Shown here in pieces: positions 39,626 through 54,553 of a stretch of DNA of 64,000 nucleotides. Under the pieces are notes generated by a model. It was not told the origin of the DNA and ran no database searches. It saw only the letters and a program-made list of their open reading frames with translations. Within the stretch, counting starts at the first letter, position 1. Each line of letters starts with the position of its first letter. The stretch is from contig OX597814.1 in NCBI GenBank assembly GCA_951406725.2, positions 91,078,001 through 91,142,000 of the forward strand, in the 5' to 3' direction. The translations under genes were made by a program, and so were the position numbers. Source of the stretch: Octopus vulgaris (Eukaryota).

Positions 39626-41110
39626 GTTTTTATTGTTGTTGTATTTGCGCAGCTTCTAACGCAAGAGATGTATTCCGGTGTCAACTCTTCACTACCAGTG
39701 AACCAAGCTAACACCCCCTTATTTTTTGAGCACTTTTCGGAGTATTCGATCGGTTCCAAGTAGTGCTGTATTCTGCAAGTGCTCCACATTCTGTATCGCA
39801 TACCTTGTCAGCTGGGCATGTTATATCTATGATCCAGCATCGTTTGCTTTCTTTCTCAATTAACGCTATGTCTAGTTTCATATTCTCTATCTCATGGTCG
39901 CACTGAATCATAAAATCCCATAGGATCTTTGAATTATCAGTTTCAATGATGCTTTCGGCTTTATGCTCGTACCAATTTTGGTTCTGCCACGTCCATACTT
40001 GTTGCAAAGTGTCCAATGAACAAACCTTACTATATTGTCATGACGTCTCTTATATTCTATCTGGGCTAGTGTCCTACATTAACTGGTATTATGCCTCACG
40101 GTTTCACATTTTGTCCACAAATTCTGCTCTTACCACTTTTTGATGTGATGTCTAATCTGTATTTGATGTAATTGATTCTTAAAGCTTGCTCTTGTACTGC
40201 ACATATTAGAGCCTCCGTTTCCGGTTTTAAATCGCTTTTAGTCATCCATAGCCATCGCCTTTCTCTGTCTGTCTTATCTGTATCAACCTTATGAAATTGT
40301 CCACGCAATGTTTTCTTTATCCACCTATTTTCAGTTACATTTATTCTCAAGTGCTTGTACAGTGATTTATGTTTGCAGTCTTCCATCCTACACAAGCCTG
40401 ACTTCTTACTTCTAATAATAGCGGTTCATTCGTTTTCAGTTGTTTGTACAGTGTTTTATCTTTGCAATCTTTCATCCTACACATGCCTAACCTTCTAATA
40501 ATAGCGGTTCTGTGGCATTTCTTACTTACCATGCTATGTTGTTTTCTTATGCTCTAATGCCGTTTTCGCATCCAATAAGTCCACTTACTCCTCTTCATCC
40601 TGGTACATACAGTCTGTCTGTATCACTTTTTGGGTGGAATATCCCATATCTAGTCAGCAACTTCCTTGTCTTTCTGTCTAAGCTGTTTAGTTCGTCTACT
40701 GTCTACGCGATCATCCCAGCTCCATATCTAAGGAGTGAAACCGCCCAGGTTTTGATAGCTTCAATCTTATTCCGCTCGTTTAATTTCGACTTAAGCCTCA
40801 GTGCCAGTCTGTGCAAGTATTCCACCTTGAGTTTTTCTGTCATTTCTTTCTCCATCCATTTATTCATTTCCAATATCTCCAAGTACTTAGAGCCCATCTC
40901 TTCTATCTGCTTCATAACCTCCCCCGATATTATCGCTAGCCCGTCCATACATTTGATTTTGCATCTCTTCAAGACTAACACATCACACTTTTTCAGTCCG
41001 AATTCCATTCAGATATCAGCAGTGAAAGTATACATCGTATCAACGAGGGAACTGACTTGGGAATCATTTTTACGATAAAGTTTGAGGTCATCCATGTATA
41101 ACAAGTGGAA
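39626..41110 (-). mobile_element. R4/Dong non-LTR retrotransposon, 5'-truncated, inserted in (TAA)n
   Basis: HLLYMDDLKLY, MEFGLKKC, KYLEI, LKPETEALICAVQEQAL, KILWDF, DITCP, TALLGTDRILRKVL-stop; (ATT)n at both ends. Confidence 0.93.
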
Positions 41111-41184
<74 letters not shown>

Positions 41185-41899
41185 TCATTATTATTTCATC
41201 AGCTGTATACAGATAATCTTCAACATAATGTTTTCGTACATTTAAACCAGGAAAATTCTGTTTTGCTCTAAACACACAGCGTACTCTTGTAAAACGTTTT
41301 AATGGATATCTCGTAGAAAGTATCAAGAGACACCATGCTTTTGTCATCTCTGCAATTAATCCACTAATGACGCTTAAATAATTGATTAACTCCGTTGTTT
41401 ACTACTTCAGAGAATAGGGGTTCAATTTAATTTATTGTTTAGGAAATCTCCCGTGTTATTCAAAAACAGCTTTTGTAAACGATTAAGTATACTAGCGCCG
41501 AACAACATACTCACGTCTTGCTATGAGATTGCTTTATACATTTTTGTGCTTAACGTGATTTCAAATTCAAGACATTTATTTCGAGCACGTCAGAAGAAAT
41601 AAACTCAATAATGTTCTCATTCAGCATATTAAAACGAAAATCGCATTAAGCTAAATTTCACGTTTATTAAATTGTTAGGGGTAAACATAGTATACAACTT
41701 TAGATTTTTAATAAGTACCTATTGTGAATATAGCTGGTTATACTGAGGGAAAGGAAACGTGATTTTTGAATAGAACCAACATTAATTCGGAGCAGCAACC
41801 AATGAATATTTTGAGGAAAATTTGAAAGATATATTCAGAAAAAAAAAATTAGAAACATAGAACCTACACTTAAACGCATACCACCCCCATTTATATACA

Positions 41900-43200
41900 G
41901 GTATGTATGTTTGTATGTAATTATTCAGTTTTATTTCTAGATTTCTTACCAATAGAGAAAGAGCCTCTTTCTAACCAAGATCCAAGGCGCCTTCATTGAA
42001 ATTTCAACAATATCAGCAGGATATTTCTGTATGTATGTGACGGCTAGGATCTGTTGCCTTCGAATAATCTAACTTTTCTCTGGTTTTGAGGAGCCTAATT
42101 TCTCAAGATTGCTATTTAGACAGTGTGTTTCATATCCCAGGGTTCCAATCATTACAAGTATAAACCTGAACTTGCAATCCGGATACAGTAACAGCAGATT
42201 TCTCAATAGTTCATCGCATATATTCTCTTTTTTACTGACTTCAACCTTTATGTTAATATCCGCTGGGCAGCAAATTTCCACAACTGTACACAGTTTCTCT
42301 TCTCTATCCCAAATCATTATATCAGGTCTGTTGTAATTACATTTTATTCAGATTTTCAGTAGGACATTCGAACAGTATTCCTGTTTATTATGAGTCGCTA
42401 CCATACTGTAGGTTTTTATTTCTTTGTCCTCGGGGTTATTCTTCCGACGGATTTCGTTATAAGGTGTCCTAGCAATAACACCATCTCTCATCGTTAAGTA
42501 ATACCGTGGTCACATTTTTCTGACAACTGCTTATGATATATGTGATATCTTCAGTGTTGATAAAGTTTGCCTAGGTTGTCATATTTTACTGCCTTTTCTT
42601 GATCTCTAACCCTTTTATGCATCAGGTAATTCGTTGACATTTCCTTTTCCTGGATTGCAAACATGTAACCTTCAAAGTAGGAGGTAGTAATCTGTTGATT
42701 TATCCATGATAGATTGCTTTGATGATCAATGTTACTATCATCTCAGAGCTTTCTACTAACATCCATGCATGATCTTCTGCTCATATATACTCACCCTTTC
42801 CTCTGATAATACGTTGCGGTAGAGTCTTGCGTTTATCAGACAAGGAATGCTGTTCAAAGAGCTGCCTTCCAAATCTTATGATGTTATGAGCTTCATATAT
42901 GCAAATTAGGTCAAAGGATGCACTGCGCTACTTAGTGGTTCAAAGGTGTTGCCGAAGGGATATGATATGAGGGCATTTTCGATCAATGTTGAATGTCTAC
43001 TGCCTTGTTTTCGATTTATGTAGAGGTGGCCTACGTCACAGCTGATGTGGAAATTATGTGTGCTTGTTAATATTTTTCGGGTTTTCACACCAATGGCTCG
43101 GATCTCATTAAGCGTCCAATCAAGCACCCCAAATGTTGGTATGAGTACTGGCACTGCAAGCACATGGTAGGCCAATGTTTTATTGAATGTAGAGTGTTCT
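41900..43200 (-). mobile_element. R4/Dong non-LTR retrotransposon 3' portion, second family
   Basis: AVPVLIPTFGVLDWT..KTRKILT..LYINRKQG, IWDREEKLCTVVEICCPAD, IGTLG; (TACA)n tail. Confidence 0.9.
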
Positions 43201-43326
43201 GATATTCAAATTTTCTTTATTCGGATGCCCGAGATCCTAGAAGACACACACAGACAAACAGAACGGATTTTATATAATACATACATATACATATATAGAG
43301 AGATAGATACATACATACATACATAA

Positions 43327-43380
<54 letters not shown>

Positions 43381-43614
43381 GCAAATAAGTAACAATGATG
43401 TCTAGATATCAATGCATTACGGCTGTTTCAAGCTACTTGATTTAATCGAGCAATGAAAACATTACACCAATTTGAAAGAAACTGCTTTCCTTTGTACGGA
43501 CCACCATATAGATTTCCTGTATAGGGTATAAACCATTCTTTTTAGCACAACTTACATCAATACTAGAAACCAAAATAATCACATTATTTCCTTTTGCTAT
43601 ATTTCTGTCAGAAT

Positions 43615-43918
43615 GTTGCTTGTTCCTTCTCGAGCCATGCCTGGCTCATAAGGGCCGGTTTCCCAGTTTCATTGGCGTATTGGTTCCCCAGTTGGACGCG
43701 ACGCCGTTCCTTCACAAGTGACTTGGTAGATGCAAGAGGAAAGAGTAAAAGAAAATTATGACGAAAGACTCAGCAGAAATTCGATATTTCTTCTGCCGTA
43801 GCCGCCGGGAGCTTAGATGTTTCGCTCATAAACATACACATCATCAGGTCTGAGATTCGACCACGGCTTCCCTCGATTGCGAGTCCGCGTCTCTAAACAC
43901 TAGGCGATGTGCCTCCAA
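43615..43918 (-). mobile_element. tRNA(Arg)-like SINE (OR-type)
   Basis: Minus head GGAGGCACATCGCCTAGTG..GCGGACTCGC; body similar to 63580-63885. Confidence 0.8.
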
Positions 43919-44574
43919 GTAGCAGCATGGATTTAGAGAAAATGTATATCTAAAATACATCATAATTTAGAGAATAGCAGAGGAATAAAATGGGGAGGGG
44001 GTTTAAGAAAAAGAAATGGAGAGAGTGTTTATTTATATTTATCTTTATTGTATAAGTAAAATGTTATGCAGCATATAGTCTCCAACCCTTTAGAGTTAAA
44101 TCCATCGTGAGTTGACAGTTCCAGTTGTTGGTGATAAGTTAATTAATGTTAGATACGCTCCCCTACCCATATTTTACTGGGACCATATATCTAACTTAAT
44201 TTACATAAATATCAGAGCTTCTAGTAATAGATAAAGATAAATACGGATTAACTATCTCACCATACCTTTTCTTGACCCCCCACTATTTTCCTCTGCTACT
44301 CTCTAAATGATGGCTTTAGATATCCATATTTCCAGAAATTCATTCTACCACAAACGTAGCCTTAGTGAAACAATGTGATTATTTTGGTTTCTAGTACTGA
44401 TGTAAATTGTGCTAAACAAATGCTGTATATTTTATATTGGAAATGTAAATGTTCGTCTGTGTCTGAGGTGAGCGGTTTCTTTCAAACTCATGTGATGTTT
44501 TCATTGCTCGATTATATCAAGCCACTTAAAACGGCCGTATGCATTGATACATGGAAATTCTTGTTACTTATTTG

Positions 44575-44575
<1 letters not shown>

Positions 44576-44652
<77 letters not shown>

Positions 44653-44766
44653 TGTGTGCAGATATTCATCTCTTACTCACTCTCTCTCTCTCTCTCTCTC
44701 TTTATCTATCTAGTTCCCTATTTGTCTATTTATATATCCATCTATCATTTTATCTCTCTCTCTCTA

Positions 44767-44857
<91 letters not shown>

Positions 44858-44880
44858 ATATATATATATACATATATATA
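44576..44880. repeat. (TA)n/(GA)n/(CT)n/(TG)n compound microsatellite
   Basis: Directly visible. Confidence 0.95.
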
Positions 44881-47189
44881 CCGGCATACGCGCGTACATG
44901 CATATGTCCACACTTTAAAGCATGTATACATTTATAAATGTGTTTATATACACGTGCTTATGCTAGTGTATGGTTGATTATTCTGTCTGCTTCGGTGTTT
45001 GTGCATTTGCTTCTCTATATTAATTAAAAATCTAATCTTTTGCATATTCATAGTGAACATATATCCCTTGGGTTACGAATATTTCAGTAATTTTGTAAAG
45101 TAAAAGAAATATTTGTGTAAATCGATTGAATGAGTAATGTCTTGAAGTAAATCTTATTCCATTTCTGACACTGTACTACTTTTTCACACGAATAATGATT
45201 AAAATATTTTGATGCTGCAACCATCTAAAGAACATGCATATAGAACTCGTTTAAAAATATATCAGAGCACAGATAAGACGGGAAAAATCACACACACACA
45301 CACACACACACTCACACATAAACACACACATACATACACAAACATTGGCACACACACACACACTCGGACAAACACACACTCGGACACTCACACACTCACA
45401 CTCACGAAAATTAAGATGTGCAGACGCATACAATAAACATTTCTACTATATACGCATACAATAATAATAGACATAAAGAGGAGTGAAGACAGAATAGGTT
45501 TGCTTTATTTTTATGTATACTGATTAGTATTCCAGGAGAGATGATGCAATAATGAATATTATATTCAGTCAACATTCGGAATATTAACATATATATTATA
45601 GTAATGAAATTTTAGAGAACCGTGGAACGAATGTTGTAATATGATGTCAGAACGTTTTATATGTACAGAATGGTCAGCATGTGTTAGTTGCAACTATATT
45701 TTTTCTCAGTATTTATCAGAAAAATAAATAACAGAATAGTTTACAAAATTGAGATAACCTTTAACGTTCTGTGTTTTCAGCATATATTAATATGCAGTAG
45801 CTGAGATTAATGTATGTGTTTGTTTGTGCGTGTGTGTGTACGTGTGTCCCTTGCAATTGTATTTTTACTAGTGCCAATGTATTTTACTATGTATTCTCAG
45901 AAATAAGAATTTTCTTAGGCTTATAACCTTCAAATGCCTATCAATATCTCAAGAGACGAGTATTCACATATGATTAATGCAAAATGGAAGAAAATGGAAT
46001 CCTCGTGGTGCTTTAGTTCTAATTCCTCAGGAGTATTTCTGAAGCTCTATTCCTAATACCAATCACAAGTTGTAAAACAGACATATACCATTAAAATATC
46101 TGATAACAGAACAATAGTGAAACAAATCAATCATGTTTTGGTTTTCTGAACATAAAATATGTATCGTTATCAAAATACTCTTTAAATAAATTTAGCTCAA
46201 TCGTTATGTGATATACCCTAGTGTATATTTTAATTTTTTCAAATTTAGGCAGCATGCGAAAGTTTAAGGAGAGTTGGTGAATCGATTACGTAGGTTTTAG
46301 AATGTGAATGATACTATCTACCACGTAAAGATAAATTTCAAAGCTGGACAAAATGGGGGTTTACCTCAAATTTTAAAAGCTTTGAGCATTTGTACAAAAT
46401 GATATTGTCCCTTATACCAACTCAAACGATTCTATCAACCTAGAACCCAATATTTTATATGTTGCAGCGATATTGTTTCTCACTTGTAAAAATTTCAGAA
46501 ATATAGCACATCACCAAAGACTCTCTAGTGTATTACTATCGAAAAATTCAACCACTTAGCTATCGTGTTATTCGAAATTTCATACGTTAATCTCAACTTA
46601 AATTTGATATATTTACATCAATGAAATCTAATGCTTTTGTAACAAAGAAACAAGATATTTTGTGTCCCTTATTCTATATGCCAATGCTCCTTGTCAAATA
46701 ATATTTGTAATTTAATACAAAAATAATATATTCAATAAATACATTTTTAGAAACCACATATATAAACTTAAATTATATTTCGAACCTGAATATTCTATTA
46801 AAAAATAATGTAATATCCCAAATATAAAAGAGATGCAAATATTTTACAAAATGAAATTAAGAAAGAAATTGAAGTGCGGGAAGTTATATTTCTTATTGAA
46901 TTTCTGCTTTAAAAAATACAAAAGTTTAATAGGAGAGAACTAGATATTGTCTAAACATTTAAGTTCTAAGATGTATTTCAAGTTGATTTGTTGTTAATAT
47001 TTGCAGGATTTGATTGAATGTTTTCTTGCTTCAAAATGGCAATCCGCAAACGATGATTACTTGAATACGATGGAAAAGAATATGCCAATTTTATGCACTT
47101 TAGCTCCTATAAGCGTCTATTGCAAAAACGTGTTATCCTGCGACTTAGCGTTACTTTCGTTGCCCTTATCAATTTCATTATCAGGATCA

Positions 47190-47530
47190 TAATGGTAATG
47201 ACTACCCCGACGAATACGATGATAGCAACGATGGCGCTAACGATAATAATGATGATGATGATAATCATCATCATCATCACCAACAGCAAGAACAACACTA
47301 TCAACTTCAACTTCAACACACCTAATATCACCATTTTCAAAACTCAACACCACGCCATGACTGCTAAGACTATTATTCCAAATGACCGCTACCGTCAGCA
47401 TAACCATTGTCAAAACTAGAATTACAAATAACGACGAATCGGCATTACCACTAACATTGACAACGCCTTGGACACTATCACCAACGCCAACAACGCCACC
47501 ACCACTAACATTGTCGTCATCATCATCACG
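47190..47530. repeat. Degenerate trinucleotide low-complexity tract
   Basis: GAT/CAT/AAC/CAC runs. Confidence 0.8.
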
Positions 47531-48799
47531 TTACATTCTTCATTATTATGTAATTATTAGTTATTTTTCATTACATTTAAAGATAATGCATTTTTATATT
47601 CTTTTCTGTTGAATATAAAAGTACATTAATGGATTCAGACGTGGTTTCAAGTAAACGCACGATGCAAAACAACATTTGCTTGAAAGACACTCATTTAAAG
47701 TTTAAACAGATAATCAAGATTCATATATTATCATTTCACTTCAGGACAGCATCATTAGAACTTTGATTGGGTATTCAAAGTGATGGACTCCATGGCACCA
47801 AGCTTGACAGTGTCTGTCAATAGTTTTATGATAATTAAAATTAATGCGACTAGGAAAAGAGGGAATAACTAAATAAGAAAATTAGATGTAAGAGTTCTTT
47901 CTACTAGTTTTCAAAATTCCAATTCGTTTGAGAAAGTGGAAACAGACCATCTAAAGGAATATTGAAATCCTTCCTGCTTTTCTACCAATAGGAGTAAATG
48001 TGCATAATTATATTCCTTTTGTGGAAATGATGAATTCAAGTTGCACTTTCTAATAATTATTCATTGATTGAGTAGTCACGAAACTCGATTTTCAATTATC
48101 TTCAAAACGAATCATCATATCTTAATACAGTAAATTGACAATATCATTATAGATTTTAGTTGCCCAACAAATTGGATAATCCTACGACCAAGGATAAAAT
48201 AAACCACGTGCTGGTGTTACTTCAGCATCATTCGATGAAAAACTGTTAGAATACATTGTATTGACTATAGGTGTTTTTCAAACTTTATGCAGCCGAATTA
48301 TTATAAGTCCATCTGTGAAAGTCCATTCTTTTAATGTAAGAGAGACACTATTTTCTGATGGACACTTTTCATAAAAGAGTATTCGGCTATTTTAGAGGAA
48401 GGTTTGTGCCCACGCATTGGCTGCCATGTTGGCCCTTCAGTATATTTGTTATAAAACTAAGTGAAATAACCATGCTGTATTTTTAATTTCTTGACTTATC
48501 TGTTCCCCGATTCATCATTGATGTTGGGATGTAACACATAATTTTGTATTTATTGCATGTTATCGTGGTATATGTAAATAATTTAACGATATGGCATATA
48601 ATAAAGAGGAAAACATAAGATTTTATGGTTACTAATTTGAAAGCACTTTGCCAGGTATACAACACTTCACAAACCGAAAATTGTTTTAACATGTTTTCAG
48701 ACTTTTGAAAGTTGTTTTTCATTCTTTTTTCAGCAAATATTAGAAGTTTACTGAATGCACTACTTGGATATGCTTTTAAAATCTATGAAAGAAAAAAGT

Positions 48800-50450
48800 G
48801 CAAATATTAGTAATAGAATATGATTAAAAGGAGCTAACACTGAATAATGAGCAGTTAGCAGCGAGACGTACATCAGAAACATATATCAACATATCACCAA
48901 TTGCAACAATCACAATGATTAACTTCACACACAACCCAATTTTATGACTGTTTCTACATGGTTGTTTTATTAGTAAGGAATTGCAATAAAGTTGTTCTGA
49001 ATCCACAGTCCTTTGTGATAAATAATTAGGCCTACATTACATAAGAAAATGCTAAATCCATAGTTTTGATGCAAGCTATTTGGTAATTAAGAGTGATACG
49101 TCACTGATCAAAAGTCTTCTTGCTGAAAGTTCCTCCCAAACTACGCCTTCTCATCTCAATGCCAAATTCTCGATTTTGATTCAGACTTTCCCAACACCAC
49201 AATCACGCGGAAATCAACTGAGCAGACTTCTTCGTTGTATTACGTAACGATGTAGCAAATCCTTACAATACCTCTTCTATGACCTTAACCGATTACTTTC
49301 CGAAACTTGGAAATTCCTTTCTCATTATAGAGTGTATAATATTCATTCGAAATACCCATCGTTGACTTTTGAAACAGGTGCATTTCTGACTTAGGTGACT
49401 AACAACGTATCCTTGCTAATGCGATCTTCTCATGCGATGGAAAAACAATTTAAATACTTAATTTCCCTTCGCCGCATATTCCGTCTTTCATGGTTTGAAT
49501 TATGGTTACTATAATTCTTTCTGTCGAGAAAGTGATTCTTAATCTTCAGAAGTTCAGTAAAATAAACTGTGTATTCATAGCGTCTGAATAAATACATTTC
49601 CTGGTGAACACTTCCGGAATCGGAACTTCATGGTTACCTCACTCCAGGTGTCTGTACCGATAGTTCTGTATTGATGATTCTTCAACAGGCTGCACCTAGG
49701 TTATTTCTGCATACTAACAAATTCTGCCTCTATTAATTTGGACGTCAAAGGTGTCCTTAAATGGACAGGTGAACATGTTCAAGGATTATAAAATATTTTA
49801 ATAATGGAAACTGTCATATACCACAACAGCTGTAAACATGAAGCTTCACTGTAACAATGTCCATGCAAATATTGAAGCTACCAACCACATATTGTCTGAT
49901 GATATAAATAATATATCCAAAACAATGGCCGAAATTTCAGCTTCGTATAGAACTCTTGTTAATTATCGCTCATATATGAATTTTGACACAATATTGATAT
50001 TAATAATGCCATCTCTACGTACTGTAACTTCCAGATACATTTTTAAATCATTACGGATGAACAAGTTTGAAGCGAACGACAATAAATTCCAGAAAACTTA
50101 CTATTTTGTAAATAAATCCACGGTGTACGAAGTAACCGATAATGTTGTGATGTGTTATAGTTTAACGATTACCAGAAAATGTTAATGCGAAATATTACAA
50201 ACTGAATGTTGATTACTGACAAATACCAGATTCATCATTGTATGACTGACGATTAATGGAAACGTGATCAGACAAGCAGTTAGGAAAAGATGGTTTGAAG
50301 GACCGTGTTATAAAAAATAAAATTTGCTATGAAATATATATGATAGCAGTAAACAATTTCCTTGGATATTGTTTTGTTTGCACGATACAGAATGCCGTAT
50401 TACAAAAATAAAATGTCTGATAAGTTGAATTCGATAACCATTTGTTACCA
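48800..50450. mobile_element. Very degraded piggyBac-like transposase remnants
   Basis: Minus TVD..LQFLTNK..WVVCE near 48920-49010; plus CNNVHANIEATNHILS..KQWPK near 49850-49940 resembles YNxxMGGVDxxDQ..KW. Confidence 0.25.
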
Positions 50451-52299
50451 AAAAACGCAAGCTTAGGTTTTTCGTTGTTTGCACAAAAATAATATATTAT
50501 GATACTGATTTATGATAAAATACACTCCAGTCATGACAAAGTGCTCTTCTACATTTGGTCTATCAATGAATAATTCAATCGAATTTTTCACTCCCTTTAT
50601 TGGGTCTTATGATTATAGTTGCCGTTGTTCTTCTGCAGTCATGGGGGTTCTAAAAAGATTAATGGGAACTCCCACCCTTCCACTAACCACGCAATTACAA
50701 GAAGCAAAGGATGGTATGGTGTAATTTGATGAAGATACAAGCTGATGTTCGTAGGAGGTCAAGCATATGCGTCGAAACATCCCCGTTAGCTCGGTCCTTT
50801 TTCATGTTATATCACATACGTGAGGCTAATAAATAATAAAATAATAATTTTTTTTCTTATATATTTTCAACGCCATTACTCAGAAATGCAATACGTAATA
50901 GCAATTCCCATGGTTTTACTATTACATGTATTAAATCTATTAAATGATTAATAATAAATAGCAACACTTAAAATACAAAAACTAAATAATCTAAATAATT
51001 GTACGAGGTATTTTAAAACAAATATCAATAATTTTAAAAATTAGATTCGCTATTCAAATAGCTTTTGCTACTATTTTTAACTAACTTTTACGGATAATCA
51101 GTATGTTATTTGAAGTTAATTTCGTTTAACTTTTCAGAAATGACGTTGATATTTTAAAAATAGCAGTTCTATTTGCAAAACATTTTAGCTCTAACTTTTG
51201 TTTACTTAACAGAGTTAGATGTGTTTAAAAAAGTTGAAGCTGAAACTGTTGAAACTCCATATACTTGCTAAAATTAAATATTGTCTATTCGTTGTGACAG
51301 TTCCTGTTGATGATTTACCTAGGAATTATTTATTTTTGCGCTTGAGCGTTTTATTTTCATTTACATATATTGCTTTTAATTTCAGAAATTTCAATTTTAA
51401 TTATATTTTTCACTGCTTTAATGATTTAAAAAAAAACTTCCTTGTAAATATAGACATATGCTGAAGCATGACTTGATAGAAACATGACAGCAAGTAGTAA
51501 GGTATATTTGAAATGCCGCTCTTAGAAACGAAAACGTATCGACATAATAGAAGATTAAATCCTGTTAAATGTAGAAAAATATAATATAAAGAAAAATATG
51601 TAAACACCAAAATATAATCAGGAACAAAAAATATATACATCTATATCAAATTTCATCTCAAATATGACAATAATTATTACGAGAAGAATGACAGGAATTT
51701 GACACGAACGATACATCATGCTGAAATTACTGTAAATGAACTAAATAGAAATGAAATAGAGACATTAGAATTAAACCTATTACAAGAAGCATCTTTTTAC
51801 GTGCTGAAGTCTTAAATGTCAGTTACAATCTTGGGTATAAATTTGGATGTAATGCATTATATTTTCTGAAGTATTTTTTAATAGAAATTTTAATAATTGA
51901 TGCAACACACGCCAATTATTTAACCCCACTAAAACTACAGCCTATCATCAAAAGCTTTTCCTGTTCTTGAACGACGCATCAATGTACATATTACGTTTAT
52001 GTTGTATAGTTTAGAAAAAAAAGGCAATATATTAAACAGTCGTTTATAATGTCGAGTTTCTGTATATAATCCACTTTGATATTTATACAAAATATGTTCT
52101 ATACATCATTTATTAAATGCAAATACTTGTAAGATAAGGACGTATTTGTAAGATAAGGGCATGATTCTCTGCTGTTGTACCATGTTTGACCCACGCTTGA
52201 CAGAGGGAAAACGAATACACAAGGAGTAATAATGGAACTGAGAAAAAGCAAACAGCACGTGTCAATAGTAGACAGAGATATTTAAAAATTTACAGAATC

Positions 52300-52735
52300 C
52301 GTATGTATAAATGTTAATTATGTGTGGGCGGAAGACATGTCAGCAATGGGGAGCCCCAAGTGAGCACAGAGTACTCCATTCCGTGCTGGGTATATCGTTT
52401 CGTTGGTCATGGAGTTTCCAGATTATACGGCGAAATCCACGAAACTGTGTTTACATTCTCTTGAAGACTTCGGCTAACATTGCTCTGTAGTGCCTTATAA
52501 TGCCATTGAATATTTTGAATCCATAGATGTTAGGCCCCGAGAAGTAGGATCCTCTTCATGAGCAGTTGATAGGATCTTGGAAGTTACAATCTAGTGTCTG
52601 TTTTGAAGACTTTATTCGAATGTGTTTGCGACCATAGTACCGTGCGACATTAGGCACAATGTTGGCTAAGCTGGGGCAAGTGACCCGGACGTTGTGAGGG
52701 ATTGAAAGGTTTATAGTATTTATACATTCAAGGTA
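52300..52735 (-). mobile_element. Penelope GIY-YIG remnant
   Basis: NVRVTCPSLANI, CNFQDPINC, NIY, YRAMLAEVFKR follow the linker-CNC-IY-YIG order. Confidence 0.55.
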
Positions 52736-53099
52736 AGTGTTACTTGATTTTATTTATTCCAGTTATACATACGCCTTCCCATCTATCTTTTAAGTGCCTC
52801 CTCTAACATTTTCACATAATGTATATACATACATGCACGTGCGCATACACATACGCACAGACATACACACAAACAGATTGATATATCTGCCTATATGTAT
52901 GTATGAATGCACAAATAAGCATTCATATGTATACGTACAAACACACACGAATATATTCATGCATACATGCATGCATAGATAAATGTTGAAAAAGGAAACA
53001 TTGTAAAGTATATATCAAGAACGTATTTTGATTAATGTGTTTAAGTTTAAAAATTCAGAAGCAGATATGGGCGGTTAAAAACGAACGTTATTCCTTCAA

Positions 53100-54060
53100 G
53101 AAAATCAAAGAAAGATAAAGAAAAGCAGAAGACAGTTATTAAGAAAGAGCAAGCCTATAGAAAAAGGGAGAAAGTGCGCTAGAAGATGCTGGTGTTTGTG
53201 ACTGTATGGATGATAGAAGGTGTGCATATTTTTGAGAATAAAAGTTTTCCTGAATCACATAGATTGAATAGATGAAGATGGCAAAAACTATTTATTCTTA
53301 TTAAAGTTTGAGAAATTTTTAAAACGTCCATGTAGCTGATAAAAATTTTTCAAAACCCGGTAAAGAGTTCAAAAGAATTTATACAAACCCAGAAATATGG
53401 TACCACAAGAAGTTAAAATGATGTAAGTTCAAGTTGAGAAACACGTTTTCGAAAAGGATGTCCAAAAAAGAGTGAAAATATTTAAGATGTAAAAGTAAGA
53501 CAAGTTGCATGTTAAGCAGGAATCAGCTGAAGAAATACCATGGATGCAGTGTGTGGATACAAGCTGGTTCAACTGTACACAGAGGTCAAGCACAAGTGGG
53601 AAGCTGCAAGCGGAAAGTACAAAAATGAATGGCTCGAATGTAACACCCAAAACAGGTTAAATGTATGGGGAAATGTTCAAACTGACTGTGTTATATTGTA
53701 TATTTTCGTTTGAGTTTGTGGGTGTGTAGGCGGAAAATAGTTTTATGTATAAATCTACCTAGTGGCAATGTTGGGGATATAACTGTAGAGGATAGGCGGG
53801 TAAGGTGATTATCGGAATGAATGTGTCTAAAAGTCGGGTATATAGTAAGGATTATGCGTATGCGTGTGCGCGTATACACGAAATGTGCAAATAGGTAATT
53901 AGGCTGCCTGCAAAGCGAAATACTAATGAGGTATAAATGAGGAGCATGAAGGAAAGAATGAGTAAAATATTAAAAAAATGATGGGGGTAGCCAAGTCGAA
54001 AGGTAAGGAGAATGTGTTATGAGGGGAATGAAAAAGTAGTTAAAGCGGAAAAAAACGAGA
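53100..54060 (-). mobile_element. Penelope (Neptune-like) RT-linker-endonuclease remnant
   Basis: RLGYP, RIILTIYPTFRHIH, SCLTCNLSY resemble RGYP, RIPLVLTYHP and ISCxxC..YIG. Confidence 0.5.
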
Positions 54061-54437
54061 ACAGTAAAGAAAGCATAAAGATATAATAAAGGAGCCAATT
54101 TTTTAAATACATACAAGGACTTCCGGTTATATAGCGGAGCTAAGACAAGACATGTGTGAAAGTAATACTACTAGGAAGAGAATGTGATCCTTCTAGACTT
54201 TTAATTTTAATCTATGACAAGTTCAAAAAGAAAACTGTCTGAGCGAGCTTCAAACCATAAAGGAGGGACTGTTTTAAAATAGAACGTTACGTAAGGGTTT
54301 TTAATAGCGGGGAATGTGACCTACGGAGTTTGTTTTTGTATATTTATATATATACACATACAAAGATATGCTTATATCTGTATGTGTTGGTAAGTCGTGG
54401 GAGAATAAGAACTGCGTGAGTTAAAATTTCATTGACT

Positions 54438-54468
<31 letters not shown>

Positions 54469-54514
54469 CAGTAACGCCGCAGATAATTTTAGTTAATGAG
54501 CTCTACTGAATCGA

Positions 54515-54553
<39 letters not shown>

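Noticed and set aside
40512-41078. 188-aa plus-strand ORF
   Set aside because: Antisense shadow of the R4/Dong RT on the minus strand
50725-50782. TTGATGA...GAAACATC hammerhead-like string
   Set aside because: Core mutated and no stem I detectable
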